In this document: positions 38,490-48,754 of the stretch, in pieces
Position numbering within the stretch: the first letter of the stretch is position 1
Layout of the letters: each line of letters opens with the position of its first letter
DNA from: an uncultured Actinomycetes bacterium
GTDB lineage: Bacteria > Actinomycetota > Thermoleophilia > UBA2241
Assembly (NCBI GenBank): GCA_963725665.1
Contig: CAVRZA010000002.1
Span: forward strand, 160,001 to 224,000
Direction of reading: 5' to 3'
Length of the DNA stretch: 64,000 nt
Made by a program: the position numbers and the translations under genes
The notes under the pieces: model-generated
What the model saw: only the letters and a program-made list of their open reading frames with translations
Database searches by the model: none
What the model was told of the DNA's origin: nothing

Positions 38490-39400
38490 GGCTGCTTCGC
38501 GTTCGCCGGTGAGTACCACGATCACGCCCGCCACGATGATCAGCAGGCCGCCCAGCATCGTCCAGCCTGCAGGCACCTCGCCGACGAGCAGAAAGGCGTA
38601 CAGCGGTGCGACGAGCGGCTCGAGGTAGCCGAGTATAGGCACGTGCTGCACGGGGATGAAGCCCATCCCTTCCGTCAAGAGCATATAGGCGAGGGCCGTG
38701 CACACGATCCCCAGGACAAGACCGACGAGGAGATCGCGCCACGTGAGTCCGCTGCCGACGATCCACGTCTGCCAGACGGCCAGTGGCAGCAGGAAGAGTG
38801 CATCCAGGGTTCCTTCAGCGATGACGATCGTCGCGCTGCGCAACCCACGACGGCGCAGCGCACTCACCATCATCATGAACCCGGCGAGCCCGATGCCAGA
38901 GGCGAGGCCGCAGAGGATACCCCAGAACGACGGCTTCAGCTCGGTGCCTATGGCCGGTGGGACGATAACGAAGGCGAGACCAGCCATGGCCAGGCCCAGC
39001 CCCGGCCATACCATGCGGTCCGTGCGCTGATGGAGGATCGGCGGTGCCAGCAACGCGACCCAGAGCGGCGAGAGGAAGAGCAGGAACATGCCGACGGCGA
39101 CGCTGGTCAGGCGCATGCTGGTGAAGAAGAGCAGGAGGGTGGCCGAGTCGATCGCGGCCATCGCCAGCAGCGGCTGAGCATGCCCGGTCGTCGCACCTCT
39201 GCCCAGAGTGCGGAGCGTGCGAAGAAGACCGCCAGCGTCGCCGCGGCGATGCCCATGCGCAGCACTAGCAGCATGCTCTCCGGAGCCGACGCCCACGTGA
39301 CGAGGGCGCCGACCCCGCCCATGATCACGAACGACGTCGCGACCATGGCGTAGCCCCTGCGACGCTGGTTCAGTCTGCGGCTGGCGCCCTTCTGGTCCAA
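38412..39400 (-). CDS. DMT/EamA-family transporter (frameshift ~39170)
   Basis: About 10 TM; LGYLEPLVAP, GEVP..TMLGGLLI; N-terminus in a second frame. Confidence 0.87.
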
Positions 39401-39456
39401 TGACTAGCCTCTCGCGGCTGCCTCGGCTCGGTCGTCGGCAGTGCACTTCAAGGACG

Positions 39457-39477
39457 ATGTCAGGTATACCATGACAT
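39457..39477. promoter_or_regulatory. Palindromic operator, GntR/FadR-like core
   Basis: ATGTCA-GGTATACC-A-TGACAT between divergent genes. Confidence 0.45.
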
Positions 39478-39613
39478 GTGTCGCAGTCGGACGGTCGAGT
39501 CGGTCGTTACCGGACTTCGCCACGCCTCCGTGTAACGTGCTCGGGCAGCGTGGTCGCGACCATCCGCTGTCGGCTTCGAACGCAGCGTCCCATCTGCCTG
39601 CTAAGCTGACTAC

Positions 39614-40432
39614 ATGCAGGACCTTTCGCTCACCTGGGAATCCTGGAACCCCGTCACCGGCTGCACCAAGGTCTCGGCCGGCTGTGCGCACTGCTACGCG
39701 GAGCGCTTCGCCGAGCGCTGGCGGGGCATCCCCGGCCACCACTACGAGCACGGCTTCGAGCTGCAACTGCGCCCCGAGCGCCTCGCGCTACCGCTGCGCT
39801 GGAAGAAGCCGCGGCGCGTGTTCGTCGACTCGATGTTCGACCTCTTCCACGAGGAGCTTCCCGAGGACTACATCCGTGAGATCTTCGCCGTCATGGAACG
39901 CGCGCCGCGGCACGTCTTCCACGCGCTCACGAAGCGCGAAACGCGCCTGCTCGAGCTGGCGCCGTCGCTGTCTTGGCCGGCCAACGTCTGGATGGGCGTC
40001 ACCGTCGAGAGCATGGACTACGCGCGGCGCGTCGCCGCGCTGCGCGCGGTGCCCGCCGCCGTGCGTCATATCAGCGCCGAGCCGCTGCTGGGGCCGCTCG
40101 ACGAGCTCGATCTCAGCGGCATCGACTGGGTGATCGCGGGCGGCGAGTCGGGACCGACTCGCCGCCCGCCGCGACCCGAGTGGCTGCGCGGGCTGCGCGA
40201 CCGCTGCCACGCGCAAGGCGTCGCCTTCACCTTCAAGGGCTGGGGCGGGCGCGTGCAGGGGCAGCTCGGCCGCGAGCTCGACGGCCGCGAGTGGGACGAG
40301 CAACCGCCCGTGCGCGCGCCCGGCGTCAGCCCCGCCGTCAGTCCCGGCGAACGGTCCGCGGCGCCCGAGACCGAGGCCGAGCGCGCGCCTGCTGCCGAAG
40401 AGACCTGGCAGCAGGCGCGCCTCTGGTCCTGA
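39614..40432 (+). CDS. DUF5131 (phage Gp37/Gp68 family) protein
   Basis: WNPVTGCTKVSAGCAHCYA, SMFDLFHE, LTKR, NVWMGVTVE, SAEPLLG, WVIAGGESG; TAAGCT -10 lies 6 nt before the ATG. Confidence 0.93.
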   Translation: MQDLSLTWESWNPVTGCTKVSAGCAHCYAERFAERWRGIPGHHYEHGFELQLRPERLALPLRWKKPRRVFVDSMFDLFHEELPEDYIREIFAVMERAPRHVFHALTKRETRLLELAPSLSWPANVWMGVTVESMDYARRVAALRAVPAAVRHISAEPLLGPLDELDLSGIDWVIAGGESGPTRRPPRPEWLRGLRDRCHAQGVAFTFKGWGGRVQGQLGRELDGREWDEQPPVRAPGVSPAVSPGERSAAPETEAERAPAAEETWQQARLWS

Positions 40433-40567
40433 CGGGCGGCCCCTTCCTCGGGCGTATACTGAGCCTGTCAGCAGGGGAGAGGTGGGGGCCTCTCCGGCAC
40501 GCCTGGTCGGGGAGATCCGGCGCCAGGGGTGGGGTCCTCCGTCTCTACCAGAGGCAAGGGGGAGACT

Positions 40568-41732
40568 ATGCCGTCCTCACGACTTGCAAGCCGCGCTGAG
40601 CGACGTCGCCCAGGGACGTATCACGCGCGCGGAGTTCCTCGCACGAGCGGTCGGCCTCGGCATGACGGTGTCTGCCGCTGCGGCGCTCGTGGCAGCCTGC
40701 GGCTCGGGCACCTCGAGCACTACCGCGGCGGGCAGCGCCTCGCCCACGCCGCTCGACTCCAGCAAGCCCGACCACATCATCCTGTTCAACTGGTCCGACT
40801 ACATGGATCCCGGCGTCCTCAAAGCCTTCCAGCGCGAGTACGGGGTGAAGGTGAAGGAGAGCTACTTCGAGGACAACGACACCATGCTCGCCAAGGTGAA
40901 GGCCGGGGCCACGGGCTACGACGTCATCGTGCCCACCGGATGGATGGTCTCGATCATGGCGAAGACGGGGCTCCTGCGACCGCTCGACATGAGCCTCCTG
41001 CCCAACTTCTCCGGCGTGATGCCGGCGTTCCAGAGTCCGTCCTACGACCCCGGCACCGGCGGCAAGCGCTACTCGGTGCCGTACATGTTCGGACGCACGG
41101 GCATCGACGTGCGCAGCGACAAGGTGAGCGAGACGATCACGAGCTGGCAGTCACTGTGGGACGATAAGTATAAGGACAAGATCATCATGCTCGCCGACGC
41201 CCGCGGCGCGCTCGAGGCGGCTCTCTATCTCATCGGCTCGGACTGCAACTGCACCGACATGGACGTGCTGCAGAAGGCCAAGCAGAAGCTGATCGAGCAG
41301 AAACCGCTGGTGCGCAAGTACGACGCGGTGCCGCTGCGCAACATCCTCGCCGGCAACCCATTGACGGAGGGCTGGGACGGCGACGTCGCGCGAGCACAGG
41401 GCGAGCTGGGCGCCGACAAGGTGGCTTTCGTCGCGCCCGTCGAGGGGTTCTCGGTGTGGACGGACACCTTCGTCGTGCCCAACACCGCCGGCTCACCCTA
41501 CTGGGCGCATATGCTCATCAACTACCTGCTCGATCCGCAGGTGGCGGCCAAGCTGAGCGCCTTCACCGGCTACCAGACGCCTGTGGCAGCCGCTGTGCCC
41601 TACGTCTCGGACCCCATCATGAAGGCGATGCGCCCGAGTGACGAGGTCATGAAGAGCGCGCACACCTACGAGGATCTGGGGGAGTTCAACAACGTCTACA
41701 ACCAGCTCTGGACGGAGGTGAAGAGCGCCTAG
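40568..41732 (+). CDS. PotD/PotF-like polyamine ABC substrate-binding lipoprotein (probable frameshift near start)
   Basis: Tat-like TRAEFL plus lipobox VAACG; FNWSDY, GYDVIVP, YSVPYMFG; ATG 40568 with SD is out of frame with the body. Confidence 0.88.
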
Positions 41733-41951
41733 AGCTGAAGGGGCCGGCCGGGTCGTTGTACTGGAGCACGCGGATGTCGGCGACGGCGGTGTAGGTCTCT
41801 TCCACGTCGAACCCCCATGGCGTTTGCGCTAGCGTTGTCGCGCCAGCTTTGACGGTGTTCCTCCCGTGCATGAGCGAGGAGTACCCTGCGACTAGCCGTT
41901 GCATCGTTCGCGCCTGCCGCGCTGGCGGCGGCAGACGTGGGAAGGGAACAG

Positions 41952-42569
41952 ATGCGGATCGCGTTCGTCGGCGACAGCCTCACGGAGGGGTGGCCGGGCG
42001 AGTCCTATCTGGAGCGCCTACGTGAGCTGCTGCCCGCCGACGAACTGCTGAACCGCGGGCGCGCCGGCGACACGATAGCCGGCGTGGAGCTGCGCATGCG
42101 CGGGGACGGCCTCGACCCGGTGGACCTGGCGTTCATCTGGGTGGGCGTGAACGACGCCTTCATGGGCGGCTGGTCGCTCCCCGGGGTCGAGGGGGGCGGC
42201 GCGCAGGCGGGCGAGCCCGGGCTCGCCCGCCTGCGCGCCGCCTACGAACGCCTTCTCGCCTTCACCCTCGCGGCGCGGCGCCAGGTCGTGTGCGTGCCGC
42301 CGATCCTCCCCGACGACGGCGTCGAAGGCCCGTTCAGGGCGCGCGTCGAGGAGATAGCGGGAATGATCGGCGACGTCGTCCGCGGCGCGGCCCGCGCACG
42401 GCTCTTCGACCTGCGCGACGACGTCGCCGCCGCGAAGCGCGACGATCCGTGGGCGCAGCTCACGATCGACGGCGTGCACCTGAGCGCACGCGGCGCGGAG
42501 GTGGTGGCCGCCGCCTTCGCGAACGTCATCGCCGAGGTGCGTTCCCTGCGCGACGGTGCAAGCCCGTGA
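41952..42569 (+). CDS. SGNH/GDSL hydrolase
   Basis: FVGDSLT, NRGRAG, GVND, DGVH blocks. Confidence 0.92.
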   Translation: MRIAFVGDSLTEGWPGESYLERLRELLPADELLNRGRAGDTIAGVELRMRGDGLDPVDLAFIWVGVNDAFMGGWSLPGVEGGGAQAGEPGLARLRAAYERLLAFTLAARRQVVCVPPILPDDGVEGPFRARVEEIAGMIGDVVRGAARARLFDLRDDVAAAKRDDPWAQLTIDGVHLSARGAEVVAAAFANVIAEVRSLRDGASP

Positions 42570-42753
42570 GACAGCGACGAGGCACTCGAGCGTCGCCGAA
42601 CCAACGACCCTCGCCCAGTCAGGCTGAACCGACCTCCTGCCGGGAATCTAAGTAGCGACCGCTGACGGCCCCGCGTTGCGGCGCTTCACGGCCTGCGCGA
42701 GGCGGTGACGGTCGGCTATGCTAGTCATCTCAAGATCCGCTTGAGGAGAGGCG

Positions 42754-43758
42754 ATGCCGCTCGGAGGATACTGCGAGACCTGCGGCCGCTGGGTCTGGGT
42801 CAACGGCTACGGGGAGTGCCAGTTCGGCCACCCCGCCAGCGTCGTGCGCGACGTGCAGCAGTTGCGGCCGGCCGAGCAGTCTTCGCAGGAGCTAGCCCCG
42901 ATCGACCAGGCGCTCTCCCTCGCCGTCGCGAGGCGGCAGCGCAGGTGGTGGTGGCGTCACTCGCTGTGGCTCTTCTGGACCTTCACGCTCGGCTTCCTCA
43001 ACTGGCTGGCCTTCTTCTACATCGGGGTCAAGGCGCGGCGCATCGAGTGGATCGTCTCGGGCTTCGCTTACCTGATCCCGGTGATACTCACCGTTGGCTT
43101 CTTCGGCACGCCGTTCTTCTGGCTCTTCTTCGCCATCCAGCTCGCCGTGAGCGCGATCTCGGTGCTGCACGCCCTGCTCGTGCGGCCGCAGTACCGGGCG
43201 CTGATGTTCGGCGAGGGGGCGCCGGGCACGTTGCCGGCGCCGCCCCTGATGCTGCCCAAGGTCGACCGTCCGGCCCTGCCGAGAGGGATCGACGAGGGCG
43301 CCGCCGAGATCATCCGCGGCGCCGAGGCCAAGATCGACGAGATCCTGGCGGCGGCCGAGTCGATCGGCGACTCGGGCGTGCGCGACAAGATCGGCAGGCT
43401 GTGCACCACGGGCGAGAAGATCGTCGCCGAGCTGCGCGCCGAGCCGCGGCGCGTCGAGCTGGCGCGCGGCTTCCTCACGTACTACCTGGAAGCCGCGCAG
43501 AAGATCGTCACCGGCTACGCCGACCTGCTGCGGCGAGGCGTCGGCTCGCCCGAGGTGCGCAGCACCTTGGAGCGAGCGGCCGCCTCGCTCGACAGCGTGC
43601 AGCAGGCCTTCGACCGCGAGCTCGCGAACCTGGTGCAGAACGAGGTGATCGACCTCGACAGCGAGATCGCGCTGCTCGAGAAGACGGTGGAGATGGAGAA
43701 CCTGTTCCACGAGACGGGGCCCGCCGCGGGCGCCCGTGACAGCGGAGGGACCTCATGA
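42754..43758 (+). CDS. XpaC-like (5-bromo-4-chloroindolyl phosphate hydrolysis family) membrane protein with N-terminal Cys/His cluster
   Basis: FLTYYLEAAQKIVTGY and DLDSEIALL C-terminal motifs; upstream of a TelA homolog. Confidence 0.8.
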   Translation: MPLGGYCETCGRWVWVNGYGECQFGHPASVVRDVQQLRPAEQSSQELAPIDQALSLAVARRQRRWWWRHSLWLFWTFTLGFLNWLAFFYIGVKARRIEWIVSGFAYLIPVILTVGFFGTPFFWLFFAIQLAVSAISVLHALLVRPQYRALMFGEGAPGTLPAPPLMLPKVDRPALPRGIDEGAAEIIRGAEAKIDEILAAAESIGDSGVRDKIGRLCTTGEKIVAELRAEPRRVELARGFLTYYLEAAQKIVTGYADLLRRGVGSPEVRSTLERAAASLDSVQQAFDRELANLVQNEVIDLDSEIALLEKTVEMENLFHETGPAAGARDSGGTS

Positions 43759-44867
43759 CCGATCCGGCCGAACCGACAAGGACCGCCCCGGGCCAGGAGC
43801 TCGCCCAGACAGAACAGCCGCTGGCTCTCCGGCTGAGCTCCGAGGAGCGTCAGCGCGTCGACGAGATCAAGCAGGCCGTCGACGTGACCGACTCGCAGCT
43901 GGTCATCCAGTACGGGCTCCCGGCGCAGAACAAGCTCTCGACCTTCGCCGACTCGCTCCTCAGCGACGTGCGCACGAGGAACACGGGCGAAGCCGGGGAG
44001 GCTCTCACGGAGTTGCTGGTGAACGTGAGAGAGCTCGACGTCGACGGTCTCTCCGCCGGCTCGCCGGGCTCGCGCATCCCCCTGATCGGGCGCTTCCTCG
44101 ACGCCTTCAAGCGCTTCAGCGTGCGCTACCAGAAGCTCTCGACCAACATCGATCGTCTCGTGAACTCGCTCGAACGGGCGCGCATGGCCCTCCTCAAGGA
44201 CGTCACCGTGCTCGACAAGATGTACGAGCTCAACCTCGAGTATCTGCGCCAGCTCGACCTCTACATCGCCGCCGGCGATGAGATCCTCGAGGAACTGCAG
44301 ACCAAGAAGCTGCCGGCGCTCGAGGTGGAGGCGCGCGCCTCGCAGGATCCCATGGTCGCCCAGCAGCTCACCGACTTCCGCAACTCGATCGCGCGCTTCG
44401 AGCGCCGACTGCACGACCTGAAGCTGACGCGCATGATCGCCATCCAGACGGCGCCTCAGGTGAGGCTCATCCAGAACAACGACCAGAACCTGGTCGAGAA
44501 GATCCAGAGCTCGATCCTCAACACGGTGCCGCTGTGGAAGAACCAGATCATCATCGCCATCAGCCTCTACCGGCAGCAGCAGGCCCTGGAGCTGCAGCGG
44601 GAGGTCACCGACACGGCCAACGAGCTGCTGGCCAAGAACGCCGAGCTGCTCAAGACGGGGTCGGGCAAGGTGGCGCGCGAGGTCGAGCGTGGCATCGTCG
44701 ACCTGCAGACGCTCAAGAAGGTCAACGACGACCTGATCGCCACGCTCGAAGAGACGGTGCGCATCCAGGAGGAAGGCCACGCCAAGCGGCTGGAAGCCGA
44801 GGGCGAGCTGACGCGTATGCAGGGCGAGCTCAAGCAGCGCCTGATCGACCTGCAGACTCAGCGCTGA
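43755..44867 (+). CDS. Toxic anion resistance protein (TelA/YaaN family)
   Basis: IQYG..AQ, RLHDLKLTR, QTAPQVRLIQNND, TVPLWKNQ, ERGIVD. Confidence 0.93.
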   Translation: MTDPAEPTRTAPGQELAQTEQPLALRLSSEERQRVDEIKQAVDVTDSQLVIQYGLPAQNKLSTFADSLLSDVRTRNTGEAGEALTELLVNVRELDVDGLSAGSPGSRIPLIGRFLDAFKRFSVRYQKLSTNIDRLVNSLERARMALLKDVTVLDKMYELNLEYLRQLDLYIAAGDEILEELQTKKLPALEVEARASQDPMVAQQLTDFRNSIARFERRLHDLKLTRMIAIQTAPQVRLIQNNDQNLVEKIQSSILNTVPLWKNQIIIAISLYRQQQALELQREVTDTANELLAKNAELLKTGSGKVAREVERGIVDLQTLKKVNDDLIATLEETVRIQEEGHAKRLEAEGELTRMQGELKQRLIDLQTQR

Positions 44868-45020
44868 AGGCCGGCCCGGACATGGCGTAGACCGCCGTCG
44901 GGGTCTGGGCGTCGCCTTGCCTTATGGGCCAGCCGCGGCAACATCGGTCTCGGCGCGGCGCCCGGGGCGGCGACTCGAACGATCACAGCCGTCTCTCCGG
45001 GCTGGCGTCGCGGCTCGCGA

Positions 45021-45082
45021 TGTCAAGTCCACTTGACATCGGAGCAAGGTCGGGTCTATCCTTCTGTAAAGTGTCCTTTACA
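45021..45082 (+). promoter_or_regulatory. Sigma70 promoter with two 7-4-7 palindromic operators
   Basis: TGTCAAG-tcca-CTTGACA (contains -35 TTGACA), TATCCT -10, then TGTAAAG-tgtc-CTTTACA. Confidence 0.75.
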
Positions 45083-45100
45083 TGGAAGGATTCCGCGTTG

Positions 45101-45298
45101 GTGAACCGTGTGCGTGAGTTGCGAACGGCGGCCGGTCTCCGCCAGGAGGATCTTGCGGAGCAGGTCGCGGTGAGCCGCCAAACGATCATCTCGATCGAGA
45201 ACGGGCGCTATAACCCGTCGCTCGAGTTGGCGTGGCGACTGTCCAGGGCACTCGGCACGTCCATCGAGGGTCTCTTCCGGTTCGAGGAGGTGGAGTAG
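45101..45298 (+). CDS. XRE/HTH_3 transcriptional regulator
   Basis: NRVRELR..LRQEDLAEQVAVSRQTIISIENGRYNPSLELA..IEGLF. Confidence 0.93.
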   Translation: MNRVRELRTAAGLRQEDLAEQVAVSRQTIISIENGRYNPSLELAWRLSRALGTSIEGLFRFEEVE

Positions 45299-45675
45299 TG
45301 CGAACAGCGCGTAGGACCATGGCACTCGCCGTGGCGCTCGCCGCGCCCTGCCTGGTTGTGGGCGTGCTGTCGGACGGACCGTATGCTGGCCGGGTGTTGC
45401 AGGGAGGGCTCGTCCTTCTCGCCTTGGTCGGTCTTGCCGCGCTTTGGATGTGGCGGCGAGGTGCTCGCCTCGACCGCGAGCAGGACGAACGTGGGCGCCT
45501 GATTCTCGGCAAGACGGCCGTCTTCACCTGCCTCGTGGCCGCGGTCGCGATACAGGCCTACTGGGCCTGGAACTTCGCCGCCAAGGGCAACGCCGGGGAC
45601 GATTCCTTCTGGCTTCTGGCCGTCTTCTGGGGGGCGTTCGCCGGCTCGTATGTCTACAACAACTTGCGCACGTAG
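45298..45675 (+). CDS. Small 4-TM membrane protein (DUF2178-like)
   Basis: QDERGRLI (DER motif) between TM pairs; coupled to the XRE gene. Confidence 0.7.
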   Translation: MRTARRTMALAVALAAPCLVVGVLSDGPYAGRVLQGGLVLLALVGLAALWMWRRGARLDREQDERGRLILGKTAVFTCLVAAVAIQAYWAWNFAAKGNAGDDSFWLLAVFWGAFAGSYVYNNLRT

Positions 45676-45687
45676 AAGGGGGTGGCA

Positions 45688-45900
45688 ATGATGACCGGGG
45701 AGAACGACACTTCCGGGAAGAAGACTGCGAACGAGGCGCTGGGGGTCTGGATCGCCATCGGAGCGGGTCTGGGCGTCGCCTTGGGGGCCATCTACGGCAA
45801 CATCGGTCTCGGCGTGGCGCTCGGGGTGGCAGTCGGCGTAGTGATCGGTGCCGTCGAGCAGTCCCGGGCGTCGAGGCGCGACAGGGGCTCCAAGTCCTAG
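45688..45900 (+). CDS. Small glycine-zipper membrane protein
   Basis: GxxxG repeats (IAIGAGLGVALGAIYGNIGLGVALGVAVG); SD present. Confidence 0.75.
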   Translation: MMTGENDTSGKKTANEALGVWIAIGAGLGVALGAIYGNIGLGVALGVAVGVVIGAVEQSRASRRDRGSKS

Positions 45901-45935
45901 AAGTCGCGTGTGCCGGACGCAAGGATAGGCATGTC

Positions 45936-46797
45936 GTGATCGGGGCAGGGACAAGCCTGACCATCGAGGTCGAACACCTCGCCAAGCACTACGGCGAGGT
46001 GCGCGCCGTCGACGACATCAGCTTCACGGCGCGCAGGGGGAGGTCTTCGGCTTTCTGGGCCACAACGGCGCCGGCAAGACGACGACCATCCGCGTGCTGA
46101 CGGGGCGGGCGCGGCCGACGGCCGGCCGCGCGCCGCGTCGTGCGGCCACGACGTCGTCCACGAGCGCGACGCGCATGAAGCCGCTCATCAACCTCGTCTT
46201 CGAGGAACAGAACCTCTACCCGCGGCTCAGCGGACGCGAGAACCTGCAGCTCTTCGCCGAGCTCTACGGCGTGCCGCGCGCGCGAGTCGACGAGCTTCTC
46301 GAGGCCGTGGGGCTCGGCGAGGCCGCCGGACGCAAGGTGAAGACCTACTCCAGCGGCATGAAGCAGCGCCTGCTGGTGGCACGCGCGCTGCTGAACCGGC
46401 CGCGCGTGCTCTTCCTCGACGAGCCGACGCGCGGCCTCGACCCGACCTCGGCGCGCGAGGTGCGCGAGATGGTGCGCGAGCAGGCGCGGCAGGGGACCAC
46501 CGTCTTCCTCACGACGCACTACATGGAGGAAGCCGACGAGCTCTGCGACCGCGTCGCCTTCCTCGCCTCGGGCCGCATCGTCGCCCTCGACACGCCGCGC
46601 GAGCTCAAGCTGCGCTACGGGGAGCGCACGCTGTCGTGCTGCTCGACTCGCGCAAGGAAGAGCGCCTGCGGCTCGACGACCCCGAGGACGCGGCTCGCCT
46701 CGAGCGCTGGATGGCCGAGGGCAAGGTCCTCACGGTGCACTCGCAGGAGGGGACGCTCGAGGACGTCTTCGTGAATCTGGCCGGCAGGCCGTTGTGA
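45936..46797 (+). CDS. ABC-2 exporter ATP-binding subunit (several frameshifts)
   Basis: KHYGEVRAVDDISF, GHNGAGKTT, YSSGMKQR, FLDEPT, TTHYMEEAD, TLEDVF in successive frames. Confidence 0.88.
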
Positions 46798-47895
46798 GCT
46801 GGCGCCGCATCCGGGCCATCTACCGTAAGGACATGCGCGACGCCCTGCGCGACAGCCGCGTGCTCACGGCGATCATCTTGCCGCTGGCTGCTGGGGCTGC
46901 TCTACTCCTTCATGTTCTCCGACGAGAACGTCAGGACACAGAAGGCAAGGTGGGCATCGTCTCGAGCGGCCGACGAAGCTCACGACCTGTCCTTCCCCAG
47001 CTAGACCGGTCGCACCGTGCGCCTGACCTTCGTCACGATGCCCAATGCCAGCCCGGCTCGAGCAGCAGGTGCAGCAGAAGAAGGTCGACGTCGGTCTTGT
47101 GGTCCCGCCGGGCTTCGACGCCGCCGTCCAGACCGGCCGAATCGCCGCTGCTCACCGTCGTGCTGCCCTCCTCGCCGAGCTTCAGCGGCGATGTCGCCGT
47201 CGCGCTCCTCAGCCGCAGCGTCGATGCCCTCGCCGGGCGCGCGCCGCCGGCTCGCATCGTGCAGCGTTCGCTGCCGCCGGAGACCGGGCGGCAGCTCCAC
47301 GGCGCTCGATGTGCTCGGCGCGCGCGCGGACTTCATCCTCATCTCGATCATCCTGCTGCTGAGCATGATCGCCGTGTACGCGGTGCCGGCCGTGCTAGTC
47401 GAGGAGACCGAGAAGAAGACGATGGAGGCGCTCACGCTCATCGCCTCGACCGCCGACGTGATCGCCGCCAAGGCTCTGTTCGGCATCACGCTGAGTGTGG
47501 TCTCGGTGCCCGTGCTGCTGGCGATCACGCGCGGTCGTCCCGCCGACGCGGCGGCGCTGGCGGTGGCGATCCTGGTCTCGGCCGCGGTGCTGGTCGGCAT
47601 CGGGCTGCTGTTCGCGGGGCTCCTCAAGACCGCGCAGCAGGTCAACTCCTGGAGCACCGTCGCGCTGCTGCCTCTCCTCGTCCCGGTCTTCACGCTCGGC
47701 ATCCCGACGCCGGACGCCCTCAACTCGGCACTGTCGTTCATCCCCACGGCGCAGACCTTTCGCCTGGCGGCCAACGCCTTCTCCGGGCGGACGCTCTACC
47801 CGCACGAGTGGCTCTCGTACGCGGTGCTCTTCGCCTGGGGGGCAGGCGTCTACGCGCTGCTGTGGTGGCGGCTGTCGCGCCAGGAAGAGGCGTGA
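46794..47895 (+). CDS. ABC-2 exporter permease (several frameshifts)
   Basis: IRAIYRKDMRDALRD, LVEETEKKTMEAL, multi-TM C-terminus. Confidence 0.85.
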
Positions 47896-47915
47896 CGGAG
47901 GTAGGTGGCCGCGAC

Positions 47916-47962
47916 GCGGCGGGGGCGGGGAGCGCCGTTTCGGCGCTCCCCGCCCCCGCCGC
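47916..47962. terminator. GC-rich hairpin, 22-bp stem, between convergent operons
   Basis: Perfect inverted repeat with a 3-nt loop. Confidence 0.75.
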
Positions 47963-47977
47963 TGAGAGCGCAGTCGC

Positions 47978-48739
47978 CTACTGCCGTCTGAACGCCAGCG
48001 TCGCCAGCACGCCGCAGACGACGGCGATGGCGGTGAGGATGCCAAGCTGGGTGAAGTTCCAGCCGTAGCCGAGCCACGGGTCCTGGATCGCCAGCACGCC
48101 GTGGGGCAGGGGCAGGTAGTCGGCGATGGTGTTCATCGTCGGGGTCATGACCTCGCGCGGAGGTGCCGTCCCCGAGAGCATCATCATCACGAAGAAGAGG
48201 AGCACGCCGGCGCCCTGAGCGGCGCGCGGCGAGGGCATGACGGCGCCCAGCAGCACGCCGATGGCGGCGAAGGCGGCGATGCAGAATACGAACGCGACCA
48301 ACGCGGCGAACACATCGGAAGGGGCGGCGAGGTCGTAGATCGAGTACGCCGCCACGACGACCAACAGCCCGCCGAGCGCCGAGAGCACGAACTGCACAGC
48401 GATTTGCGAGCCGAAGACGGTCGACGCCGGGATCGAGGCGGCGCGGAAGCGTCGCAGCACGCCGCGCTCTCGATACGATGCCAGATGAGCGGGGATCATG
48501 ATGAGCCCCACGGCGGCGGCCGCGAGGGCGACGTATCCCGGGACGTAGTAGCTCAGCGGCGATGCCCCCCGCCAGGGCATGAGACCGGTCGCCGTAGGCT
48601 CGGTGCTGGGCTCGGTGCCGAAGACCCCGGCCAGCACGAGGAGCATGATCAGCGGGAAGCCGAAGGCGAAGACCACGGTGAGCGGCTCGCGCAGGAAGAG
48701 CTTGATCTCCCCCCAGGTCATCGTGCGCCAGAGCTTCAT
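47978..48739 (-). CDS. ABC-2 exporter permease
   Basis: EIKLFLREP, YRERGVLRRF, 6 TM. Confidence 0.92.
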   Translation of the reverse strand: MKLWRTMTWGEIKLFLREPLTVVFAFGFPLIMLLVLAGVFGTEPSTEPTATGLMPWRGASPLSYYVPGYVALAAAAVGLIMIPAHLASYRERGVLRRFRAASIPASTVFGSQIAVQFVLSALGGLLVVVAAYSIYDLAAPSDVFAALVAFVFCIAAFAAIGVLLGAVMPSPRAAQGAGVLLFFVMMMLSGTAPPREVMTPTMNTIADYLPLPHGVLAIQDPWLGYGWNFTQLGILTAIAVVCGVLATLAFRRQ

Positions 48740-48754
48740 CGCCGTCCTTCCCGC

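Noticed and set aside
39614-40432. Prophage suggested by the Gp37/Gp68-family gene
   Set aside because: No integrase, structural genes, att sites or visible compositional shift
41686-41904. Short minus-strand ORF with coding-like segment (FDVEETYTAVADIRVLQYNDP)
   Set aside because: No clear start, SD or recognisable family; at most a gene remnant
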